The position numbers and the translations under genes were made by a program. From a virus (taxonomy: Duplodnaviria; Caudoviricetes), in IMG/VR virus record IMGVR_UViG_3300020137_000034, positions 1 to 27,242 of that record: a stretch of 27,242 bases of DNA, one strand, 5' to 3'. The notes under the pieces were generated by a model that saw only the letters and a program-made list of their open reading frames with translations, ran no database searches and was not told where the DNA came from. The number at the start of each line of letters is the position of its first letter. Positions within the stretch are counted from its first letter, which is position 1. Positions 16,705-23,593 of this stretch are shown here, piece after piece.

Positions 16705-16895
16705 GGGAACACTCCCACCACGATCTTCAGGCCGATGCCGAAGAACCAGAAGATGACGCCTGTGGCGAAATAAAGCGCGCCGCGAACGGTCAGGTACGGC
16801 GCGAGCGGCGAACGGGCCTCGACCAGCGTGGTCGGGATCAACCACAAACCGCGCGCCAGTAAAACGGTGCTGAAGAAGATAAAAAGCCAGCTCAT
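16701..16895 (-). CDS. Small two-TM membrane protein in the lysis cassette
   Basis: MSWLFIFFSTVLLARGLWLIP...GALYFATGVIFWFFGIGLKIVVGVFP; ATGA-coupled on both sides. Confidence 0.7.
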   Translation of the reverse strand: MSWLFIFFSTVLLARGLWLIPTTLVEARSPLAPYLTVRGALYFATGVIFWFFGIGLKIVVGVFP

Positions 16896-17221
16896 GGCAT
16901 CAACCCCGCCGCGATGATCGCCGCGGCCATGAGCGTCGCGCGGCGCGTTTGCGCCATCGCCATCTCGATGCCATCGAGCTTGCTGGGCCTGCCGTCCGGG
17001 CTGGCCGCGCGGTCGAAGCCGTAACCGAGCACGGCGGCCAGGCTCAGCTTGGAGATGATCCACAGATAGCTGCCGACCTTCGCCGGGTTCAGCCACGTGG
17101 CGATGGCGGCGAGCAGCAGCAGCGACAGCAGCGCCCACAACGCCATGCGTCCGAAGTCGCTCAACGCCGCGGCAAAGCCCTCGTAAGCCGCGCTTAAACG
17201 CTCTTTTGTCGTGCCTGCCAT
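16892..17221 (-). CDS. Putative holin
   Basis: Three hydrophobic segments; KLSLAAVLGYGFDRA and RRATLMAAAIIA pattern of Mu-like phage holins; first gene of the lysis operon. Confidence 0.8.
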   Translation of the reverse strand: MAGTTKERLSAAYEGFAAALSDFGRMALWALLSLLLLAAIATWLNPAKVGSYLWIISKLSLAAVLGYGFDRAASPDGRPSKLDGIEMAMAQTRRATLMAAAIIAAGLMP

Positions 17222-17240
17222 GCGCCGCTCCTGAAAGGGT

Positions 17241-17275
17241 GCCGGCGAGGCTGCAGGGGAATCAGCCCCGCCGGC
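17241..17275 (-). other. Stem-loop in the holin 5' leader
   Basis: GCCGGCGGGGCTG / CAGCCTCGCCGGC, 13 bp with one G-U on the minus strand. Confidence 0.55.
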
Positions 17276-17335
17276 GTACAGCGTGCAGGGGTTACACGCT
17301 ATAGCGGTCAGGCTACGGATCGACGCGGGAGGGAA

Positions 17336-17357
17336 TCAGGCTGAAGCGCTTCAGCGG
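17336..17357 (-). promoter_or_regulatory. Late-promoter activator site upstream of the lysis operon
   Basis: Exact 22-bp copy of 8458-8479; TAGCCT -10-like element at 17315-17310. Confidence 0.75.
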
Positions 17358-17761
17358 GTTTGCTGGAACAGGTCGCACTGGTCGGCGACGGCGCTGGTAC
17401 GGGCAAGGATGTTGAACACTTGTCGCTGCGTCAAGCCGTTTTCCAGCGCCAGGGTGGCGGTGGATATGCCAGCTGCATGGTCGGCAATGATCTGGCGATC
17501 GCGCACCGCGCGCAAAGCCGCCGTCGCGCGATCGAGCTCGATGTAATCACGTGGCCGCTCCGACACCAGCTGCTGCAGCGCCGGCAAGCCGATCAGGCGC
17601 GCGATCCAGTGATCCACCGTCGCGACATCCGGCACATACACGCGCGTGCCGCCGCGCGCCTCCACCAGGCGCAGCGTGGCCGGCAAGCCGATCAGTGCCG
17701 CCAACGCCGCAAGGCGAGGCGGCAGATCGTTGGCGTCGATGCTGGCGTGCTGATCTTTCAC
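17351..17761 (-). CDS. Mor/C family transcription activator
   Basis: LIGLPATLRLVEARGGTRVYVP, RAVRDRQI, LALENGLTQRQVFNIL; last gene before the lysis operon. Confidence 0.9.
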   Translation of the reverse strand: MKDQHASIDANDLPPRLAALAALIGLPATLRLVEARGGTRVYVPDVATVDHWIARLIGLPALQQLVSERPRDYIELDRATAALRAVRDRQIIADHAAGISTATLALENGLTQRQVFNILARTSAVADQCDLFQQTR

Positions 17762-18348
17762 GCCGGCACGCCGCCATACTTTGCGAACGCCTTCGCGCGT
17801 GCGTCATCCCACTCGGCGTCGGTGAGTCGGCCGTAGTCGTGCATCTGATCGAGATAGCGCAGCTGCTCGGTCAGCGGATCCACAGCGGCGGTCGGCGGGC
17901 TGGGCCCCACCGCCCGCCGCCCGGACTTGGCGGCGGCTTCGCGCGCCTGCTCGGCGGCGGCACCGGCCTGGTCGGCGATGCCGTACACCACGCTGCGCAG
18001 ATAGTGGTGGTTGGCCAACGGCAAGGTGAGCCGCGCACGCTGCTCCAGCATCTGCTCGATGCCGGCCGCCCACTGCGCCGGTGTCGCTGCACGGCGCGCA
18101 CTGGTGCGTTCGTCGCGGCACACGGTGCCTTCGCGCACTAGGGCATCCAGCGCGGCCACCAGCTTCACCGCACGCGCCAGGCGCAGCTTCTGCTTGCCGG
18201 GCGTGAACAGCGCCAGGTACTCAACAACCGCGCGGCCCAGCGTCGGCTCCATGCCGGCCAGCAGCATGCCGAAGCGCTTGCCGTCCGGCTCCAGGAAGCC
18301 TGCGACGAGCGGGAAGGATTCATTGCAGCTCGGACAGGTCACATGCAT
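17758..18348 (-). CDS. Hypothetical protein typical of Mu-like phages (N-terminal CxxC)
   Basis: CPSC, YLALFTPGKQKL, LPLANHHYLRSV; coupled to neighbours. Confidence 0.8.
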   Translation of the reverse strand: MHVTCPSCNESFPLVAGFLEPDGKRFGMLLAGMEPTLGRAVVEYLALFTPGKQKLRLARAVKLVAALDALVREGTVCRDERTSARRAATPAQWAAGIEQMLEQRARLTLPLANHHYLRSVVYGIADQAGAAAEQAREAAAKSGRRAVGPSPPTAAVDPLTEQLRYLDQMHDYGRLTDAEWDDARAKAFAKYGGVPA

Positions 18349-18614
18349 CAGTGCACCTGTGAATTCGAACCGGATTCAATGATCGCCAAGGCCGTATCCA
18401 TGATGTTACCGATGGACTTGAACACCTCCTTTGCCCGGGCATGGCCAAGATCGGCGGCGGCGACGCCCAGCAGGCTCGCGATGACGTTCATGACATAGGC
18501 TTCGGTGAACTCAGCACTCCGGTCGGGTTGCTCGCGAAGAACATTGATAACCGCTTCGGAGACGGCGTCGCCGCGCGCAAGCCCCGCAGCCATCGACTTT
18601 TGCATCTTGTCCAT
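18348..18614 (-). CDS. Hypothetical protein
   Basis: ATG 18614 overlaps the upstream TAA, GGGGGAG RBS; 88 aa. Confidence 0.7.
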   Translation of the reverse strand: MDKMQKSMAAGLARGDAVSEAVINVLREQPDRSAEFTEAYVMNVIASLLGVAAADLGHARAKEVFKSIGNIMDTALAIIESGSNSQVH

Positions 18615-18847
18615 TACTTGACTCCCCCCTTCGTCACCTTCATCAAACGTTCTCGATCTGCCATCAACTTCTTGGTCTCCGCCAGCCAGGCTGCGGACCA
18701 CGCGATGCTTTTCCGACACCCATCCACGGCGCTCTCCAGCTGACGGATGTTTGAAAGCAAGCCATCGATGCGCAGGCGTTCCTCGGTCAGTGATTTCTCG
18801 CGCTCGGCTATTTGCGCGAGCAACCTGGATTCAATCGATTCGTTCAC
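18614..18847 (-). CDS. Hypothetical coiled-coil protein
   Basis: 77 aa, GGAG RBS before GTG. Confidence 0.65.
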   Translation of the reverse strand: MNESIESRLLAQIAEREKSLTEERLRIDGLLSNIRQLESAVDGCRKSIAWSAAWLAETKKLMADRERLMKVTKGGVK

Positions 18848-19100
18848 GCGTGATCTCCCCCGTAACGATGAATCCCCACTGCGGCCGATACCTCGGCACG
18901 AGCGCCGAAAGCAGGAAGATGGCCACGCCCATGACGAACTCGGCGGCCCACATGACCGCCGCGGGGATGCCGTTGCGCTCGCAGATCACGACACCATCCG
19001 GGCCGTCCTCGGCCAGATAGATCGGGCAGAACGCCAGCCAGCCGACGTGCGTGAAGCGCTCGCGGATCTCCTGCGGCGACATCGGATTGATGATCGACAT
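18831..19100 (-). CDS. Hypothetical protein with a hydrophobic segment
   Basis: ATG 19100 overlaps the gemA stop; FTHVGWLAFCPIYL...ERNGIP. Confidence 0.7.
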   Translation of the reverse strand: MSIINPMSPQEIRERFTHVGWLAFCPIYLAEDGPDGVVICERNGIPAAVMWAAEFVMGVAIFLLSALVPRYRPQWGFIVTGEITRERID

Positions 19101-19576
19101 CACTGTCCCCCTTGAGGCGGCACCGGCAGGTAGCCCGTGCGGCTGCGCTCCGGGTGCCTGCGGATGTCGTATTCCAGCGCGGCAATGATCTTCGACAGGC
19201 CCGTGCCATCGCAGAATTCGAGCCGATCGACCTTGCACATCCGACGCGCTATCGCATGCCCGTATTCCCACTCGCGGCCCTGGTCGGCCAGCAGCGCCTC
19301 GATCTTCTTCAGCCGCGCCTCACGCGCCATCACCGGCCGCCGTGGCTTGCCCTTGCGCCACGGCTGCACCGGCTGGCCGAGCTTCATACGCATCTCCGCT
19401 GCCACGGCATTGAGCTGCGCCAGGCTGCAATCCCCGGCACTGCGCACAGCCGGGCCGCAGGTGCGGGAGATCCGATCGACCAGGTCGCGATAGGCGTCGT
19501 CGTCGAGGTCGAGCTTGCGGCGCATGGCCTGGACTGCCCGGATCGCGGCGACGCGCTGTTTTGCCGCGCAGGTCAT
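19100..19576 (-). CDS. gemA: GemA / Mu gp16 family (DUF1018)
   Basis: LDLDDDAYRDLV, RSAGDCS, KKIEALLAD...WEYGHAIARRMCKVDRLEF. Confidence 0.85.
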   Translation of the reverse strand: MTCAAKQRVAAIRAVQAMRRKLDLDDDAYRDLVDRISRTCGPAVRSAGDCSLAQLNAVAAEMRMKLGQPVQPWRKGKPRRPVMAREARLKKIEALLADQGREWEYGHAIARRMCKVDRLEFCDGTGLSKIIAALEYDIRRHPERSRTGYLPVPPQGGQ

Positions 19577-19710
19577 GGCGCTACTCCGCCGGCGACGACG
19601 ATCCAGATCGTCACGCACGGGATCAGGTTGACGCAGAGCCGGCGATTCATTGGCGACCAATGCGCGCCGATCCAGAGGCTGCCGGGGCGGAAGAGGATGC
19701 CGACGCTCAT
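19573..19710 (-). CDS. 45-aa hypothetical protein (below ORF-track cutoff)
   Basis: MSVGILFRPGSLWIGAHWSPMNRRLCVNLIPCVTIWIVVAGGVAP; ATGA overlaps at both ends. Confidence 0.7.
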   Translation of the reverse strand: MSVGILFRPGSLWIGAHWSPMNRRLCVNLIPCVTIWIVVAGGVAP

Positions 19711-20390
19711 GCCTCATGCTCCAGCGCACGCTGGCCTGAGCCATTGACGCCGCGGTGCAGCTTCGCCGCCTTGCCCGCAAGGTGGCCGGCCCAGGCGTCG
19801 TCATCCTTGGCCTTACCTCGCGTGGTCAGGTCACGACCGCTGCTGGTGCCGGCGTATGGATAGCGGACGCGTATCAACGCGTCGATGGCCAGCTTCTTCT
19901 CGTCAGTGACCTCACCACCTGGGAACAGATGCGCGACCGCATTGACCCATGCCAACGCGAACACCTCTCCGCGAGCCTCGCGGTTGCCGCGCTTGCGCAC
20001 GCGGATGATGTGCTTCAGGCGGTCGGCATCCGTCTGCCGGCGCAGCACCGTGAAGGCAAAAGCAGCGATCTCGGCGGCGCCATCGCAGCCGTAGAAACGG
20101 ATCACGGTGGATCCGCTGTTCCAGCCCTTCTCGCGGTAAACGATGAAGCGCGCGCCGAACCCATTGGCAGCGAGCGTAGCCAAGAACATGACGCTTCGTG
20201 CGGGCTCCGCGCCTCGGGCGCGGGTGCTGACCTCCGCCTCGTCGACGCCCATCGCCTCGGCATGATTGATGCCGTGCGCCTTCATCATCGCTTGGGCTTG
20301 GCGTAGCGCTGCGGCAGCTTCGTTAGGGTTGGACGACGCGGCGAGGCGCAGGCACGCCTTGACCTTCCGCAGGATGGCCGCCCGGTTCAT
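19707..20390 (-). CDS. DUF2786 domain protein
   Basis: ILRKVKACLRLAASSNPNEAAAALRQAQAMM; ATG at 20390. Confidence 0.85.
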   Translation of the reverse strand: MNRAAILRKVKACLRLAASSNPNEAAAALRQAQAMMKAHGINHAEAMGVDEAEVSTRARGAEPARSVMFLATLAANGFGARFIVYREKGWNSGSTVIRFYGCDGAAEIAAFAFTVLRRQTDADRLKHIIRVRKRGNREARGEVFALAWVNAVAHLFPGGEVTDEKKLAIDALIRVRYPYAGTSSGRDLTTRGKAKDDDAWAGHLAGKAAKLHRGVNGSGQRALEHEA

Positions 20391-20860
20391 GCCGCCACCT
20401 CCGCCTTCAGCAGACGGCGCAGACGGCGGTCGATGGCCTTTCGGACCGAGGCTTGCAGCCCAGGTACAAGCAACGCCGACAGGCATTCGGACTGGTCGAA
20501 GTTCGCCACGGCGCGGCACCGGTCGTCGGCGGAAAGCGTGCTCACCGGGGTGCCGCACAGGTCGTGGTCAAACGGATTGGTGAACTGAACTGCGACGCGG
20601 AAGCCCGGCCGCTCACGCTGGGCGAGCCACAGCTTGAAGATTTGCAAGGCTTTAGCGGCGCGCTTCTGATCGGGCGCCTCCGGCACACCAGGCACCAGCA
20701 GCACGCCGGGCTCATACCCATGGCGTGCCGTGACGTCCATCCCGTCACGCACAGCGCGATCGCTGCCGCGCACGATCTCGATGGCTCCCTCCGGTACGGT
20801 CGACCCGAATTCAATCTGGCCGCTGGCCCAGCAGTAGGCAATGAGCAGGTCCATGTTCAT
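20387..20860 (-). CDS. Mu-like early protein (IAYCWASG family) with C-terminal extension
   Basis: IAYCWASGQIEFG...ARHGY...LLVPGVPEA; ATG 20860 after GGAGG. Confidence 0.7.
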   Translation of the reverse strand: MNMDLLIAYCWASGQIEFGSTVPEGAIEIVRGSDRAVRDGMDVTARHGYEPGVLLVPGVPEAPDQKRAAKALQIFKLWLAQRERPGFRVAVQFTNPFDHDLCGTPVSTLSADDRCRAVANFDQSECLSALLVPGLQASVRKAIDRRLRRLLKAEVAA

Positions 20861-21033
20861 TCCTCCCCGGCCATTTTCTTGGCGACCCGGATTTCCTCGG
20901 ACCATTCATCCACGTGGTCCGCAGCCTCCATGAAGAACAGTGTCCCGAGCGCGATAGCCCCTGCTTCACTGCTCGCCTCTGGGTTGCTGATGATCTGGTT
21001 GGCCTGCGAGCGGCTGATCTCGATGCTGGCCAT
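20857..21033 (-). CDS. 58-aa acidic hypothetical protein (below ORF-track cutoff)
   Basis: MASIEISRSQANQIISNPEASSEAGAIALGTLFFMEAADHVDEWSEEIRVAKKMAGEE; fills the gap exactly, GGAG RBS. Confidence 0.65.
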   Translation of the reverse strand: MASIEISRSQANQIISNPEASSEAGAIALGTLFFMEAADHVDEWSEEIRVAKKMAGEE

Positions 21034-21034
21034 C

Positions 21035-21652
21035 TCACACTCCCGCCATGTCGAGGCTGATCGGGCTGTACTGGTCGCTGTTGCCGACCCGCTCGTAGAA
21101 GCGCACGTAGGACTTGCTGCCGATTACCTGGACCGCATTGCTGATCGCCTCCATCGCCCGCTTCCAGCGTTCGTCGGAGATCTTCAGCCGGCGTAGGCTG
21201 AGCACCAGGCCGGTCCGGATGTTGCCGGCCTGGTCGACCCGGAAGGCGTCATTGATCAGCGTGGCCACCTCGACGCGGGCCTCTTTTGTCCAGTCGCGCA
21301 GGCACTCGTCGATCAGCGCCTTCGCCGCCTGCAACTGCTCGTCGAAGGTGATGTTGTCCTGCACCTGGCGCACGACCTTGTAGCGCCCGTCGAAGCTGAC
21401 CAGGGTGATGTTGCCCTTCTTGCCGCCCAGCTTCACGTCGTACTGCTCTGCGGACAGGTCGACGAAGGCATCGATCTCGCCGAACGTGTAGGTCTTGCAC
21501 GCCTTCAGGTCGGCCTGCACCGCCTTGGCCTTGGCGACCAGATCCGCCACGACCTGGTCGCGGGCGAGGTCGATCGGCTCGATCAGCTCCTCGGGGATGA
21601 GGTGCCCGACGCTGTTCCGGCGGTAGCCGGCGGGGATGGTCTGCTCAGTCAT
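21035..21652 (-). CDS. DUF3164 family protein
   Basis: ATG 21652; GGKKGNITLVSFDG, FDEQLQAAKALIDECL, SKSYVRFYER. Confidence 0.9.
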   Translation of the reverse strand: MTEQTIPAGYRRNSVGHLIPEELIEPIDLARDQVVADLVAKAKAVQADLKACKTYTFGEIDAFVDLSAEQYDVKLGGKKGNITLVSFDGRYKVVRQVQDNITFDEQLQAAKALIDECLRDWTKEARVEVATLINDAFRVDQAGNIRTGLVLSLRRLKISDERWKRAMEAISNAVQVIGSKSYVRFYERVGNSDQYSPISLDMAGV

Positions 21653-21818
21653 GTGCGTTTTCCTGTGTGGCCAGCGCTGCCTCAGCAGCGCTGCGGAAGA
21701 TCTGGTAGGTGGCATCGCGCAGGCGCTCACCCAACCACGGAGGCAGCTCGTCTTCGTGATCGATGCGTTGGCGTTGGGCCGCTGCAAGCGATGGCGGCAA
21801 AGTGCTGTCATTCGCCAT
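21645..21818 (-). CDS. 57-aa hypothetical protein (below ORF-track cutoff)
   Basis: MANDSTLPPSLAAAQRQRIDHEDELPPWLGERLRDATYQIFRSAAEAALATQENAHD; GGAGG RBS; fills the gap. Confidence 0.6.
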   Translation of the reverse strand: MANDSTLPPSLAAAQRQRIDHEDELPPWLGERLRDATYQIFRSAAEAALATQENAHD

Positions 21819-21819
21819 G

Positions 21820-22233
21820 TCAGGCCTCCATCACCAGGTGATGGATATCCACGCCGCCAGCCACTCCGTCGATCTTCACGACGACGGCGCCATGACCAAG
21901 GGACCAGGCCCCCGAGCGAATCGTCGTTTTTTGGTGAGCCAGCTCGCCGGCGACGGGGAAGTAGCGGCAGGGCGTGCCCGTCGGGTAGGCAGCGCTGAAG
22001 GACTCGGCGGTCATGTCGGCATCGATACTCGTGACGCGCTGCCGCACTGACCTCGTGCAGCCATCCAGACATCGGACCACGACGCCATCGCCAGGGCGCA
22101 GCTCCCGATGCCGCAGAACGCGGCACCCGATCCCCAGTGAGGCTTGGATTTGACGGCAAAAGACCACGACGCCGTTGTTGTCGAGTTGCCAGCAACGTGG
22201 GCCCCGGCCGTCGTCTTCAAAGTGGATGCGCAT
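21820..22233 (-). CDS. Hypothetical protein (possibly two fused small domains)
   Basis: ATG 22233 overlaps the upstream TGA; 137 aa. Confidence 0.7.
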   Translation of the reverse strand: MRIHFEDDGRGPRCWQLDNNGVVVFCRQIQASLGIGCRVLRHRELRPGDGVVVRCLDGCTRSVRQRVTSIDADMTAESFSAAYPTGTPCRYFPVAGELAHQKTTIRSGAWSLGHGAVVVKIDGVAGGVDIHHLVMEA

Positions 22234-22559
22234 CACGCACGCTCCAGCGCAGCATCGCTGCGCACCATGCGTACCAGCCACTCGACCTGGCAGCCCTGGA
22301 CCATCGCGACCATGACGTGCTCACGGTAGCTACCCATCCGGCGGGTCATTCGGATCGCGCCCTTCACCATCCCGCCGGGAGCGGCGTCAAGAATGACTCT
22401 CGGCCGATGGCTGCGGATCTCGATCGAAACCACGCTAGCCCCGATACTGTCGAGGAAGGACAGCGCACCGATCGCCTGGTTGGCGGCGCTGCACAGAACA
22501 TCGTTCATCCGCTGCTGTTCCTTTTCCGTGAGTGTGGTGACGCAGAGCTCGGTGCTCAC
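22233..22559 (-). CDS. Hypothetical protein downstream of MuB
   Basis: 108 aa, coupled to the MuB stop; ends GCQVEW. Confidence 0.75.
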   Translation of the reverse strand: MSTELCVTTLTEKEQQRMNDVLCSAANQAIGALSFLDSIGASVVSIEIRSHRPRVILDAAPGGMVKGAIRMTRRMGSYREHVMVAMVQGCQVEWLVRMVRSDAALERA

Positions 22560-23521
22560 TTGTCACCCCCACTCATCAATTCAGTGGCCGCCGCGCGCAC
22601 GTCTTCGCAGCACACGGTGCGGCCTTCGGCGGCGGCGTACATGCTGGCCAGGCGCAACGTCTTGGTGAGCGTGCGCAGCGCACCGGGACCCCGCGCGATC
22701 TGGATCAACGTAGCGTGGCACTTGGCGTCGTCGATGCCCCAGGCCTTGATCAGCGCCACGATGTCGGCCTCGGTGGACTGCTGCAGGCGCAGGCGCTTGC
22801 CGACGCGGCTGTAGAGGCGGTCCAGCTGCTGGGCATTGCGGCCGCCGGCCATGCGGGCGAACACGCCGTCGTTGCCGACCAGGGCAATGCCCACGCCGGT
22901 GGCGTCGTGGATCGCGCGGATCTCGTCCAGCGCGGGCACACCCAGGTGCTGCGCTTCGTCGATGATCAGCAGGCCGTGGGTGTCGCGCACACGCTTGCAG
23001 ATGGCCTTGGCCATCTTGCGGGCACCGCCACCGGGCGAGATCGCGATGGCATCGCAGATCTCTTCGAGTGCGGGCACAACGCCCGACGTGCTCGGCGTCA
23101 TGGTGGCGATCCACACGTTGGGGCTGGATTCGCGGTAGTGCTCGCCGGTGCTGGTCTTGCTGACGCCCGCACCACCGTAGATCACCGCGATATCGCCGGC
23201 CATCTGGGCGTACCCCAGCGCACCGAGGATGCGCGAGCCGGTGGGCGTGCTGACGTAGTTGGGTGCCACCGGCATGGCGTTGCCCGCAGCGCGGCGTGCC
23301 TGGTCGGCTTCAAGCCACAAACGCAGCTTCGCGTCGATTCCTTCGTTGTCGCCGGGATACTTGCCAGCCAGCCACTGGTTGAGCGTAGTGGCACTGACGC
23401 CGGACTTTTTCGCCAGGATGGCTTGGCTGAGTCGCTTGTCGTGCTGCAACGCTGCGCGGATCTGCTCGCGCAGCGCGGCGTCGCCCTGATAGATTTCGTT
23501 GACGTTGGCGGTGTCGCTCAT
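22556..23521 (-). CDS. MuB-like transposition ATPase (N-terminal HTH + AAA+)
   Basis: SATTLNQWLAGKYPG HTH, Walker A-like GGAGVSKT, Walker B LLIIDEAQHL, GIALVGN, GALR. Confidence 0.93.
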   Translation of the reverse strand: MSDTANVNEIYQGDAALREQIRAALQHDKRLSQAILAKKSGVSATTLNQWLAGKYPGDNEGIDAKLRLWLEADQARRAAGNAMPVAPNYVSTPTGSRILGALGYAQMAGDIAVIYGGAGVSKTSTGEHYRESSPNVWIATMTPSTSGVVPALEEICDAIAISPGGGARKMAKAICKRVRDTHGLLIIDEAQHLGVPALDEIRAIHDATGVGIALVGNDGVFARMAGGRNAQQLDRLYSRVGKRLRLQQSTEADIVALIKAWGIDDAKCHATLIQIARGPGALRTLTKTLRLASMYAAAEGRTVCCEDVRAAATELMSGGDK

Positions 23522-23562
23522 TGCTTGTTACCCCTTGTGGTGCGGTGGTGCTGCTGGCTAGT

Positions 23563-23588
23563 CGCGGCGGTGCGTCAACACCGCCGCG
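23563..23588. other. GC-rich stem-loop between the MuA and MuB genes
   Basis: CGCGGCGGTG-cgtcaa-CACCGCCGCG, perfect 10-bp stem, no U-tract. Confidence 0.55.
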
Positions 23589-23593
23589 GCGAC

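Noticed and set aside
21653-22195. Long N-terminal extensions given by the ORF track (DUF3164, also MuA, gpT, GemA, endolysin)
   Set aside because: They overlap better-supported upstream genes; internal ATGs with RBS or stop-start coupling give the likely starts
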